Assembly (NCBI RefSeq): GCF_963921235.1
Contig: NC_086108.1
Location: 74,402,001-74,462,000 of the forward strand
DNA from: Mobula hypostoma
Taxonomy: Eukaryota
Direction of reading: 5' to 3'
DNA: 60,000 nt
In this document: positions 26,201-38,437 of the stretch, piece by piece
Position numbering within the stretch: position 1 is the first letter of the stretch
How the letters are laid out: each line of letters begins with the position of its first letter
Notes under the pieces: model-generated
The model's database searches: none
The model's input: only the letters and a program-made list of their open reading frames with translations
What the model was told of the DNA's origin: nothing
Position numbers and translations under genes: made by a program

Positions 26201-26996
26201 TACCTCTTCCTAGAGATGCTGCCTGGCCTGCTGCATTCACCAGCATCTTTTATAAACATACTGATTCCCACAGCTATCTTGGCTATACCTCTTCCCACAC
26301 CATCTCCTGTAAAAATGTTATTCCCTTTTCTCAGTTTAGGGATGTATCGGCAAAAACATCTTTACCTCTCCCCTTCCAACTCTCCACTTTCCACAGGAAT
26401 CACTCCCTCCGTGATTCCCTTGTTCACTCATCCTTCCTCATTAATCTCACTCCTGGCACGTATCTCTGCAAGCAACAGAAATGCTATATCTGCCCATTTA
26501 CCTTCTCTCTTAGGGCCCCAAATAATCCCAAGCAACACTTCACCTGTAAATGTGTTGGGGTTTTCTATTGTGTCCTGTGCTCCTGATGTGGCCTTTCTGC
26601 ATTGGTGAGGACCGACATAAACTGGGGACTGCTTTGTTGAGCACCTCTGCTGCATCCGCAAACCATTTTAATTCCCATCCCCATTCCTGGAGCAACACCT
26701 CATATTTTGTCTAGGTAGCCTCCAACCTATGGCATGAACATCAATTTTTCCTTACAGTATTTTTTTCTCTCCCTTCCCTCTTCTTCTATTCCTCACTCTG
26801 GCCTCTTACCTCTTCTCATCTGCCTATCACGTCCCTTGGTGACCCTCCTTCTTCTCTTTCTCCTGTGGTCCACTCTCCTCTCCTAGCAGATTCAGTCTTC
26901 TACAGCCCTTCACCTTTCCCACCCATTTGGCTTCATCTATAACCTTCTGGCTGGTCCTCCTCCTCCTCCCCCCACGTGTCCTCCCACTGACTTTTC

Positions 26997-27032
26997 AGTC
27001 CTGAAGAAGGGTCTTGGTCTGAAACGTTGACT
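26997..27032 (+). ncRNA. Minimal hammerhead motif, stem II weakened
   Basis: AGTC CTGAAGA agggtcttggtct GAAAC GTT GACT. Confidence 0.55.
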
Positions 27033-27219
27033 ATTTATTCATTTCCATAGATGCTGCCTGACCTGCTGAGTCCTTCCATCATTTTCCGCTTGTTGCTCTG
27101 GATTTCCAGCATCCGCAGAATCTCTTGTGTTAATGAAAGGGTATTGTTATGACCTTGCTGTTGAAATTTGTATTTGTGTTCATTAGTGCAATGGAGACAA
27201 AATAAATGTTTTGATGGGA

Positions 27220-27880
27220 TTTGGAATTGGAAATATTATTGTCACAGGTAAAAGTATAATCCTTTTTTTTTGCATACAGATTATGCAGATCAGATGATTA
27301 CACAGAGCATTGAGGTAGAATAAGGTAAAACAATAACAATGCAGAATAAAGAGCAACAGTTATAGAAAAGAAGTGCACTGCAGGTAAACAATAAGGAACA
27401 AATCATAATGGGGTAGATTGTGAGGTCAGGAGTCCTATTTATCATACTAAAGAACTATTTAATAGTTTTATATCGGTGGGGTGGAAACCTGGTGGTATGT
27501 GCTTTCAGGCTTCTGTATCTTCTGCCTGATGGAAGAGAGGTGAAAAGAGAATGTCCAGGGTAAGTGGGGGGGTCTTTGATTATGTGTTATTGATGCAGTG
27601 AGAGGTATAAACAGAGTCTATAGAGGAGAGTCTGGTTTCTGTGATGTGCCGAGCTACGTCAACACTATCTGCAGTTTATTATAGTCAGGTGTAGAACAGT
27701 TGCTATACCAAGTTGTTCTGCATCTACATAGGATGCTCTCTGTGGTACATTGATAAAAATTGGTAAGGGTCAACAGTGATATGCCAAATTTCTTTAGCCT
27801 TCTGAAGAAATAGAAATGCTGGTCAGCTTTCTTGGCTGTGACGTGTATGTGATTGGAGCTCAGGACAGGCCTTTGGTGAT
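27220..27880 (-). mobile_element. Rex1/Babar-type LINE 3' fragment (degenerate)
   Basis: Reverse similarity to 34950-35570. Confidence 0.7.
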
Positions 27881-28409
27881 GCAGGAAATAATCAAATATA
27901 TTTATGATAACTCTGAAATTTGAATTGAGGGAGGCATACAGTATATGTAGTTACTCCTCAAAGCATAAAGAGAAATTAGAAAGATTCTTGATTAGAAAGA
28001 GTCCTGATGTAGGGTCTCAACACAACGCATCAACTACCAGTCCCAATGGAAGGATCTCAACTGGAAATGCTGATATCCCTCCAGCACTTTGTTTTTTGTT
28101 CCAGATTGAAGCATCTGCAGTTTCTTGTGTTTCCTCATATGCTAGGTTAATAACACAAACACATTTTGCAAGTTGCTTTTAAATTTGTGTGAGTCAATTT
28201 TAAAACTGTTTTGCACGCATGAAGAAAGGTTGAAATATAAAACCTGACTTGAATATAATGCGGAATTGTCTACTTTTGCAGACATCCTACGTCTCAATAT
28301 GTGTTGGCGCATAGAAGCATTGATTAAGTGGGACTAGAAGGGATGCTAAAAAAGCAAATATTCTTTTTCACTACTACATCAGAATGAATGCTTCTGGGAA
28401 TCTCAGCAG

Positions 28410-28545
28410 ATTCACAAACATGATAAAATCTGCAGATGCTGGAAATATAAAGCAACACACACAAAATGATGGGGGAACTCAGCGGCCAGTCAGCATCTTT
28501 GGAAAAGAGTAAACAGCCGAGGTTTCAGGCTGAAACCCTTCCCAG
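28410..28545 (-). repeat. Penelope-derived terminal repeat fragment
   Basis: tctgcagatgctggaaat..gcaacacacacaaaatg..ggaactcagc is the reverse of the 575-680 motif. Confidence 0.7.
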
Positions 28546-29287
28546 CAGATTTTTTTCCTGTGTTCCTCTCCTTAACCTGTAGATATTGCAACCAATTCAC
28601 TTGTGATAAATAGAATCACAGAGTGGCCTCAGATTCAATTGGTGGTCATCTGTTTATTCAGTCCTCCAAATTTAATTTACATATGGCAACACTTTCTTTC
28701 TCAACTTGGTATGTAGCTTGCCACACAATGCAATTGGTCTTAATCAAAGATCATCGACTAAGTTAATAATAACGTTCATTACTAATCCTTCATGTTTGGG
28801 AGTCTAGTTTGAATATAATCAGCACAATGAAGACCTTGACAAAATACTGTTAGGCCTCATATGAGCTAATATACCAACTCTGGACAACTTGATTTATGAA
28901 GAATATCTGTATAATCATGCAGAAGGCTTGAGAAATTAGATTCTGTTCCTTAGAGTTTTGATAGTGGATTTGAAGTGAAATAAAGCTCCTTCCAGTGGCA
29001 GAAATATTGATGATCAAAGGGCACAAATCTGAGGTGACTGGGAAATATGGTGATATGGGAAAACATAATCTCTAATACATTATTTGAAAATGTGGTAGAA
29101 GAAGGATAAATTATAAAATCCAGAATTGAATTGGGTTTGAAAGTACAGTATGAATGAGTGGGAAAATCACAAATAGTACTAGCAATCGGATAGTTATTTT
29201 TCAAAAAGCAGACACATGCATGATAGCGCTGAGTCAACACTGTCACCTCTAGAAGGCCACATCCAAACACATTTTCTTTCCTTTTAG

Positions 29288-29500
29288 GAACATTCCATGT
29301 GCTACATTACTGGTGAGATTGGTGAAGGTACAAACTGACAAGAACCTCCAAGTCTTTGAGAGAGACAAGGTACCCAAAAGTGAATGGATTAAACTTGGCC
29401 TTTTCCAGCCAAGGCCAAACTATGAAGATAAGGTATACTATTCGGATAAGGCCAGACCAACCACAGGTGAAAGTGATCTGTACAATGCCATGGTTAACAG
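29288..29500 (+). CDS. CCDC17: Coding exon: NIPCATLLVRLVKVQTDKNLQVFERDKVPKSEWIKLGLFQPRPNYEDKVYYSDKARPTTGESDLYNAMVNR
   Basis: ctttccttttag acceptor, gtaaga donor, phase 2/2; overlaps ORF 29313..29504. Confidence 0.85.
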
Positions 29501-30809
29501 GTAAGATAGCTGAAAATTCTTCGTATTTTAAGATAAAAAAAAACATTCTTACTATATATGACAGTAATTTGGAAGTGGATTAATTGTTATTTTATATATT
29601 TGCATTCTGATATTTAAAATCAATAAGGTAAGTTTTTAGCTTAGTCTTCAAAAATTATCTGATTTATCTCTCTGTAAGTATGTTAGTTAATTTGCTTTAT
29701 TGTGTTTCTTTTCCTTATGAATTATAAGAATGTTATATTCAAAAAAGAATGAGATATAAACTTGGTCACAGGTATTAAACTATATAATTATTATATTGAA
29801 TAATGGATCATTGAAGTTTAGTGCACAGTCGGCACATATACCAATGCTGCCAGAGACTTTATACTCTGACGCCTATTATTGCAAAAATAGATAAATTGCC
29901 AGATGTAATTAAATTTTCTGTTGCCATTCTCACTTTTCAAAGTCAGTCAAGCTCTTTTCTGGCTTCAATAACAGTGCCCGATCTTTTCATTTTATCCTTC
30001 GTATTAATGTGATTAAAAAAATACTAAGGCTTGTGAAAGTGCATTTATCCCAGGTTAGGGCTGATAAGATTGCAACAAGTCATGATTGTATTTTCAGTCA
30101 GATTCTAGTTCTGTTGATTGAGTTCCATCTTCATCAATGCTTGGAGCTACCAAACAATGAGGAAATTTACCTAGGCATAAAAAAAGCAGTGGAGATCCAA
30201 TCAGCTAATTACTGCCTATTGTGAAACATCAGTAAAATGATGAAACCGAGAAGCCAACAACCTGTTTAGTCATACCCAACTTGAAATTTGTCAGGACCAC
30301 TGGGCTTTTGATCTCATAACAACCTTGATCCAAATAAGAGCAAGGGACCAAATTCCACAAGTGAAGTGAAAATGATTGCCCTTGACATCAGGGCAGTCTT
30401 TGGAAATTTGTGGCTTCAAGGCAAATAAGCAATATGAGGGGACCAATGCAATGGTTGGAATTGGACTTTGCACAGAGGAAGATGGTGGTTGGAACTCTGA
30501 GGCCCAGGACATCGCTGCAAGAATTCATCGCTGATCTTTGTCCAACAGTATGGTTAGAAAAGGAGATGAACAATATTCATTCTGATTTACCACTGAATTA
30601 ATTAGAGATCCAAGTGACTGCTGATGCTGCCATCAGCTTGAGGAACTCTGAGTCAGGCAGCAACTGTGAAGGCAAAAAGGACAGTTGACGTTTTGATTTT
30701 TTTAAACACAATTAATCAGTTTGCCCCTACATACAAACAGATCTAGACAATTTTTCAGTTTAAGTAAGTGGCAAATAACATTCATATCATGAAAGTGCTA
30801 TACAATGAC

Positions 30810-31360
30810 TCTCCCTCAATAAGACTTTATAAAGGGCTGGTGAGGCCTCAGTTGGAGTATTATGAGCAGTTTTAGGACCCATTATCTTAGAAAGGATGTG
30901 CTGAAACTGGAGAGGGTTCAAAGGAGGTTCATGAAAATGATTTGTGGATTGAATGGCTTGCCATATGAAGAGCATTTAATGGCTCAGGGACTATATTCAC
31001 TAGAATTCAGAAGAATGAGGGGAGACCTAATTGAAACCTATTGAATTCTGAAAGGGCTTGATAGCGTGGATGTGGAGAGGATGTTTCCTATGGTGGGATA
31101 GTCTAAGACCAGAGGTCACAGCTTCAAAATAGAGGCGTGTCCTTTTAGAACAGAGATGAGGAGGAATTTCTTTAGCCAGAGAGTGGTGAATCTGTGGAAT
31201 TTATCTTTATATATATTTAAGGCAGAGGTTGATGGATTCTTGATTGGTCAAGGGATGAAGGGATATAAGGGAATGCAGGAGACTGGAGCTGAGAGGAAAA
31301 ATGGATTAGACATGATGAAATGGTGGAGCATATACAATGGGTCAAATGGCCTTTATTGTC
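30810..31360 (+). mobile_element. CR1 LINE 3' end
   Basis: LERVQRRFMKM..GLYSLEFRRMRGDLIETY; RRNFFSQRVVNLWN. Confidence 0.9.
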
Positions 31361-31399
31361 TTATAAAGGGGAGTATAACCATCTACATTTGCTTTTCTC

Positions 31400-32625
31400 A
31401 TGAGCAGTTTCTAATGTATCCACTTCTACCACTACTCCTGGCAACACATTCCATGCACCCACAACTCTGTGTAAAAACCTTATTTCTGACATTCTGCCTA
31501 TACCTTCCTCCAATCATCCTAAAATTATGCCTCCTCATATTAACTAATTCCACCCCAGCCAGGGAAAAATCTCTGGCTATCTACTCCATCTATGCCTCTT
31601 GTCATTTCGTACACCTCTCACCTTCCTACACTCCAGAGACGAAAAGCACCAGCTTGCTCAATCTTTCCTTATGAAACATGCTCTGTAATCCTGGCAGCGT
31701 TCTGGTAAATCTTCTCTGTACCCTCCCTAAACCTTCCACATCCTTCCCATAACAAGAAGACCAGAACAGAACACAATACTCTAAATGCGATGTAACCAGA
31801 GTTTTATAGAGCTGGTTATCAACTCAAGCAGCAACTTTGAGGAATCTATGGATGTGGACCCCATGATCCCTCTGTTTGTTCACACTATTAAGAATCTTGC
31901 CATTAACCCTTTAATCTGCCTTCAAGTTAGATCTTACAAAGTGTAACTCTTCACATTTTTCTGGATTGAACTCCATCTGCTACTTCTCTTCCTAGCTCTG
32001 CATCTTTTCAATGTCCCATTGTAACCTGCAAATACCTTCTGCACATTCCACAACACTTCATGTCACATCTGCAAACTTACTAGCCCACCCTTCCACTTCC
32101 TCCTCCAAGTTATTTATATAAATCACAGAGCATATCACACTCCATCAACTACCACCCTTTGCCTTCTCTGGACAAGCCAATTCCAAATCCATGCAGGCAA
32201 GTTTCAATGGATCTTATGCTTCGTGATTTTTTGGAGCCCATCATGGGGAACCTTGTCAAACATCTTACTAAAATCCATATACACCACAACCACTGCTCTA
32301 CCTTTATCAATTTGTTTCATCACTTCCTTGAAGAATTCAATAAGGCTCATGCCAGATGACCTGCTCCTCTAAAAGCCATGCTGACTATCCTTAATCAGAC
32401 TATGCTTCTCCAAATGCTTGTAAATCTTGTCTCGAAGAATCCTTTCCAATAGTTTGCATACTGCTGAATAATACTCACTGGTCTATAATACCAGGATTAT
32501 TCCTACTATCTTTCTTGAACAAAGGAATAACATTTGCCACCCTCCAATCTTCTGGTCCTCCTCTGGTCCTATCATCGCCATAAGTCAGCAAACTTCTCCC
32601 TTGCTTCTTGTAGTAACCTGGAGTA
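31400..32625 (-). mobile_element. Degenerate CR1 ORF2 RT
   Basis: Colinear similarity to 13860-15270. Confidence 0.85.
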
Positions 32626-32842
32626 TATTGGAAGAATGTAGAAATCTTACTGTCTGGAAAAGTTTATAGGCTTTGGAATAGAATATTTATCTTAATTCTC
32701 AGTTCTGATGAAAGCCTCTGTATCCAAGTATTAACCAACTTGAATTCCGGATTTTCAGCTTTTATGTTTTCCTGATGCCTAGATTTCGGAGTTGAGTGGT
32801 GTGAAATTTCTTAAGTAATTACTTAGAGTGTTATGACTTAAA

Positions 32843-34030
32843 GCAGTGGATGTTGTCTATATGGACTTCAGTAAGGCCTTTGACAAGGTTCCACATGGAA
32901 GGTTAGTTAGGAAGGTTCAATCGTTAGGTATTAATATTGAAGTAGTAAAATGGATTCTACAGTGGCTGAATGGGAGATGCCAGAGAGTAGTGGTGGATAA
33001 CTGTTTGTCAGGTTGGAGGCTGGTGACTAGTGGTGTGCCTCAGGGATCTGTACTGGGTCCAATGTTGTTTGTCATATACATTAATGATCTGGATGATGGG
33101 GTGGTAAATTGGATTAGTAAGTATGCAGATGATACAAAGATAGCTGGTGTTGTGGATAATGAAGCAGGTTTTCAAAGCTTGCAGAGAGATTTAGGCCAAT
33201 TAGAAGAGTGGGCTGAAAGAAAGATGGAGTTTAATGTTGATAAGTGTGAGATGCTACATTTGGGTAGGACTAATCAAAATAGGACGTACATGGTAAATGG
33301 TAGGTCATTGAAGAATGCAGCAGAACAGATTGATCTAGGAATAATGGTGCATAGTTCCCTGAAGGTGGAATCTCATGTGGATAGGGTGGTGAAGAAAGCT
33401 TTTGGTATGCTGGCCTTTTTCAATCAGAGCGTTGAGTATAGGAGTTGGGATGTAATGTTAAAATTGTACAAGGCATTGGTAAGGCCAAATTTGGAGTATT
33501 GTGTACAGTTCTGGTCACCGAATTATAGGAAAGATGTCAACAAAATAGAGAGAGCACAGAGAGGATTTACTAGAATGTTACCTGGGTTTCAGCTCCTGAG
33601 TTACAGAGAAAGGTTGAACAAGTTGGGTCTTTATTCTTTGGAGTATAGAGGGTTGAGGGGGGACTTGATAGAGGTACTTAAAATTATGAGGTGAGTAGAT
33701 AGAGTTGATGTGGATAGGCTTTTTCCATTGAGAGTAGGGGAGATTCAAACAAGAGGACATGAGTTGAGAGTTAGGGGGCAAAAGTTTAGGGGTAACATGG
33801 GGGGGGGACTTCTTTACTTAACAGAGTGGTGGCTGTGTGGAACGAGCTTCCAGTAGAAGTGGTTGAGGCAGGTTCGTTTAAAGAAAAATTGGATAGCTAT
33901 ATGGACAGGAAAGGAATGGAGGGTTATGGGCTGAGTGCAGGTCGGTGGGACTAGGTGAGAGTAGGCGTTCAGCACGGACTAGAAGGGCCGAGATGGCCTG
34001 TTTCCGTGCTGTAATTGTTATATGGTTATA
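32843..34030 (+). mobile_element. Relatively young 5'-truncated CR1 (282-aa open RT segment, 3' UTR, gttatatg tail)
   Basis: ORF 32846..33694 with YMDFSKAFDKVPH, GVPQGSVLGP, YADDTK, LEYCVQFWSP. Confidence 0.95.
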
Positions 34031-34171
34031 CAGACTTCTTTGCTTCTCCCTGTATGCATCATTTGCTGTCATAGAAACTGTATTGTCTACATTCAAAGCA
34101 TTTTGAATTAAATTGTTTTCTGTTTTCTCCTTAAAAGATTTTCCTTTGTGACACTTGTTTTTTTTTCCAAG

Positions 34172-34352
34172 ATCTTTTGTTTCAGTCCAAGAAATGGTTC
34201 CATTGATAGCTGACAACAAAGAACAAGACTTTAGGACAGATATTGAACTACAAAATTGGATTCACATGAAACTTTCAAAATGGGTGGATGATAAGCTGCT
34301 GGCTTTTAACTTGACTTATGTAAGCAGATACCTCACTACGTATGGCATAAAG
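34172..34352 (+). CDS. CCDC17: Coding exon: SFVSVQEMVPLIADNKEQDFRTDIELQNWIHMKLSKWVDDKLLAFNLTYVSRYLTTYGIK
   Basis: ttttttccaag acceptor, gtgtgg donor, phase 2 to 0. Confidence 0.8.
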
Positions 34353-34734
34353 GTGTGGTAAGATAAATTAACTAAAGTTATTAATCTTTTATCAATAGAA
34401 GACAGTAAAAAGTATGGAACTTTTGGAGAAAAATAAATAGATACCATGCTTGTCTAAAACATTCCATTAGGCATATTCCATTGTGACCCTTAAGCACTTT
34501 ATGAGGCCCCCTTCACAAGATTCTTTTCTGCTTGACTTCAATTGGTGCTATGAATTTTATGATCAATATTCACAAGTGCTGCTAGACAAACCAATGGTTT
34601 TTAAAAAGACCATTGGAAGTTGCAACTTGAAGGGTAAATTATTTTTTTTTAACATTTTTTACTTTGGATCTTAGTTCCACACTAAATTTGTACACCACTA
34701 ACACTCTTCCAGTTGCAATCTCTACTTGGATAGT

Positions 34735-35585
34735 TTAACAAATAACGATGAGTTGGAACACAAGAAGGAGGTGGAGAGCTTAGTGACATGGTGTTATGAC
34801 AGCAACCGTTCTCTCATTGTCAACAAAAGAGCTGGTCATTGACTTCAGGATGGGGGTGGTGCTCTTGCTCCTGTTTATATCAACAGTGTTGAGGTTGAGA
34901 GGGTTAAGAGCTTCAACTTCCTAGGTGCGAACATCATCGATAGCCTGTCCATGGCCATGAAAGCTCACTAAAGCCTCCACTTCCTCAGGAGGTTAAAGAA
35001 ATCTGGCATGCCCCTCTCATCTCTTACCAATTTCTATTGATGCACCACAGAAAGCATTCTGCCTGGATGCAAAGTGACTTGGTATAGCAACTGCTCTGCA
35101 AGAAACTGCAGAGCTGTGGACACAGATCAACTCATCATAGGAACCAGCCTCCCTTCTATGTACTCTATCTACGTTTCTCAAGGTCTCAGTAAAGCAGCCA
35201 GCATAATCAAAGACCACACCCAACCCAGACATTCTCTCTTCTCCCCTCTCCCATCCAACTGAAGATAAAAAAGCCTGAAAGCACACACAACCAGGATCAA
35301 GGACAGTTTCTATTCCACTGTTATCAGACTCTTGAATAGACTTCTTTTCTGATGAGATGGATTCTTGGCCTCACAAACTACTTCATTATGATTTTACACT
35401 TTATCATTTACTTGCATTGTACTTTCTCTGTAGTTTTTACATTTTATTCTGCATTATTATTGATTTACCTTATTCTAGCTCAATGTACTGTGTAATGATT
35501 TGATCTGTGTAAACAGTATGAGAGGCAAGCTTTGCGCTGCATCTTGGTACCTGTAATAATGGTAAGCCAATACCAAATGCCAATC
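34735..35585 (+). mobile_element. Rex1/Babar-type LINE RT-end and 3' UTR
   Basis: LVIDFR..VERVKSFNFLG; HFLRRLKKSG..TESIL..WYSNCSA..IIKDHTQP. Confidence 0.8.
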
Positions 35586-36652
35586 ACAGACCTGGTTGAC
35601 ATCTAGACCATTTGTTTTTGCTGCTGCTCCTTACTGCTGAATGCCTCTTGGAAACTACCAGACCCCACCGAGCATTGTAAATAAATTGCATCCTAGGCCC
35701 AACTAGACATGTCCTATACATGACTTGCTAGGTTCATGCAATGTATACATTGAGATTGTACCCAACTTGTCTATGGTCTTACTAGTGTACTGATTTATTT
35801 TAAACTGACTTCTGTATTTTGACTTTTACCACTATCCCTTCTTCAGATGGAAGTGTTTAGTTAAAGAACATTAGTATTCAATTTGTCCAGCTGTGGTATA
35901 CTGAAACTACAGCAATCCCCATGAATTGGTCAGCTCTGCAGTGTTTGGGATTAGATTTAAGGGCAGCCGACAGTCCATGAGGAATGTGGTGGTTGGTGCC
36001 AGGTCATGTGCTGGTACTATCTGGCTTCCCTGGTATCTAAGATACTCAAAAGTATCACAGTGCTTTGCTTCAAATCCTGTCTCACTGGCTGTTTATTGTA
36101 CAGTAATATATGGTCCACCACCAATCAAAAGTATTTTCACTTTTCAGGTCTGAGTAGTTTTGTGATTTGAGCATACTGTAAAATCCCATCTCCTGCTCAC
36201 TGTATCTAAAGTTGCCTGCTTTTCTTGTCTGGTTTAAGCTTATTCAAACAGAAACAAAATGTTTCCATTTAATTCCAGGTTCAATGAGACCATTTAGTCA
36301 TAGAGTATGGAAACAAATGCTTTGACCAGCTGAGGTTTTGTTAGCCCTCAAGCATGTATTTACATTAATTCCACACTGATCTCAGTTTATTCTCACCACA
36401 TTCTCATCTATGTCCGCCCCCGCACCCCCCCCCCCCCGATTCTACCAGTCATCTGCACTCTAGGGGTAATTACAGTGGCCAAATAACCTTCCCTGCAGGA
36501 GGAAACAACATCACTCAGAAAACATGACTCACAGGGAGAATGCACAGAGCCACATGGATAGAAAATTAGATTCTGATTTTGGACTCCCTTATTTCAATAT
36601 CCTTCCAAATTTATGTGCTTGCAGTTTATTTATCTCTTTGTTTATTTTGCAG

Positions 36653-36835
36653 TTATCTGTGGACAGAGCCAATAATTTACCCTGGAATAGCTTCACATTA
36701 GCTCACACATCATTCAATCCACCAGGTGCTTACTATTACGGCAGTCCCTGGGCAAAATATGATTGCCTGGCGTTCATAGACAATGTAGATTTCAACAGTC
36801 TGCAGAAGTGCCCAGTATGGTCGGATAATTTTAAG
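36653..36835 (+). CDS. CCDC17: Coding exon: LSVDRANNLPWNSFTLAHTSFNPPGAYYYGSPWAKYDCLAFIDNVDFNSLQKCPVWSDNFK (C2-like module 3)
   Basis: ttattttgcag acceptor, gtaata donor, 183 nt, phase 0/0. Confidence 0.85.
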
Positions 36836-37424
36836 GTAATATGCATTCAGCTTCTACAGTTGCATGGTAGATTATATGTAACTGCATAGTTTACAACCTG
36901 AAGCTAATAATAGTCATGCTGAGTTGCTACTTTACTCTTTTTCTTATTAAACAAATGTATTTAATCATCTATAATACATAAGCAGGCCAGTGATGGAATT
37001 CACATGATTATCAATTCAATAATGTATTTAACAAGTATCCGTGGATTAGCTTGATATTGTTAGGATGCCTTGCTCTTCTTTTCAAACTGGTACTATGTTA
37101 TGGAAATTAATACTAATAAATGGAAATGACTAAGACTTCATGTCAAATCAGAGATTGTAGGATTAGGTGACAATCTCTGGTGGGAAGTACAAAATGTTGA
37201 TCACAGTTGCTGTGTTATTGATCAGGTGCCTAGTGTTTCTAAATATTCTAAAACTGTTCAACATACAGTGTGATGGAAACATCTGGCGAGGTTATTGAGC
37301 AGAAAGTTGGAATTTGTGATTATAGCTTTACTCCAGATGCAGCGCAACCTCTTATGCATTTTTCCAGATGTAGGTATCACTAGAAAAAACTTATTTTTAT
37401 TGCCTATTTCTAATTGCCCTTGAG

Positions 37425-38112
37425 AATGTTCAAAGGTTCATTTATTATCAAAGTATACAATTCTGAAATTCTTCTTCTCCAGATAGCCACAAAGCCAAGA
37501 AAGAAAAGAACGGTAGCAGCATCATCAACCCCCAAATCCCTCCTCCCTGCACAAAAAAAATAAAAACCGAGCAGGCACTTTGATCCCAAGTCCAGCTCCC
37601 CTGCAGACAAAAATTAAATGAGAAAGATCAGGAAAAACACAGAATACAAAAAAAACCTATAAGACTAAACAGGAGTCCATAGTCCAAGTCATATCCAAAA
37701 TGTAGAAAACCTGGACAACATTCTCCCTTTCCGTAACAGAGCGATCTCATCAGCAATTTGAAAAGGTAGCTTCCCCTCTCCGTAGCAGAGTGATGGCTCC
37801 AGCGACAATGATCCGGAAGCAATAAAAGGGCAGGTAGCCTTTCTCCCTCATTGCTTTAATCGGCAAACAATGGAAAATTGTTTGCGAAATGGAATTGAGC
37901 ATTGGCTCGCAGCCTTCTCACCATGAGGTTCCCACAACCCACCTCTGCCTCCTGGAATCCCCTCGGAGAGTGCAGACACCCAAATGATCTCCAAACCGCA
38001 AATCACAGGCTCCAACAGTTGCAGAATCACATTCAAGATGAAAACAAATATAAAAGGCATAAAAGACTTGAAGTATATGGTTTTATGATCTATCCAGAAG
38101 ATGTTGACCAAT
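37425..38112 (-). mobile_element. Non-autonomous LINE-tailed element (Rex1-like 3' end, non-coding body)
   Basis: Minus-strand aataaatgaacctttgaa tail; related to the plus-strand fragment at about 10810-11052. Confidence 0.55.
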
Positions 38113-38437
38113 CAATATCCTTGAAGACCTACCGTCCTTCTCATCAAAGTGCTCTTGGAGTTGTACAGTATCTAAGCCTGATGGACAGGGACTTGAGAAG
38201 GAACCTACAGGGTCTGTGCCGCTGCCCATATTCTTTCTGGGTGGTCATGTATGTGGGAGGTACATATACATGGAGTTGCATAGGAAACTACAGTGCATTT
38301 GTGGGTGGCACTCGCTACAGATACTTTGGAATAAATGCATAGCAACTGGACAGAATATCAGTTAAATTGGCTGGTTAGTTCTGGCAGTTGTGAGCCTCAA
38401 GAAAGTAAGTTTTACTCATCCAGGCAGGAAGGTAGTG

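Larger units (their letters stand above)
25600..26246 (+). mobile_element. Younger non-autonomous Penelope-like copy with inverted termini, nested in the older copy
   Basis: EHLHAVRQRKQDLPVATHFNS..RLEEQHLIFRLGSLQPDGMNIDFSNF; 25645-25699 inverted to 26199-26253; flanked by direct repeat cttttataaaca. Confidence 0.85.
25340..27130 (+). mobile_element. Older Penelope-like element (RT C-terminal part plus GIY-YIG, inverted 5' terminus) containing a nested younger copy
   Basis: FISFASNF..KFTWSISDTSLPFLDL..IFYKHTDSHSYL..CKQQKCYIC..VFYCVLCS; 25340-25435 is inverted relative to 26990-27100. Confidence 0.85.

Noticed and set aside
25912..26608. Long ORFs (224 aa, 145 aa, 149 aa) with SLSLSL runs
   Set aside because: Read-through of the (CT)n microsatellite and nested Penelope remnants; not host genes.
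28000..28040. Additional hammerhead-like starts (gtcctgatgt at about 28001, ttctgatgaa at about 32703, cctgatgaag at about 3030)
   Set aside because: Core or GAAA segment mutated or deleted; cannot form the catalytic fold.
575..28545. Recurring motif gatgctgcctggcctgctgag as a CRISPR-like array
   Set aside because: Dispersed at irregular kb spacing in both orientations; it is the Penelope terminal repeat in a eukaryotic genome.
32846..33694. 282-aa reverse transcriptase ORF as a domesticated or retron/DGR-like gene
   Set aside because: Ordinary 5'-truncated CR1 with a premature stop before the native C-terminus and a standard 3' tail.
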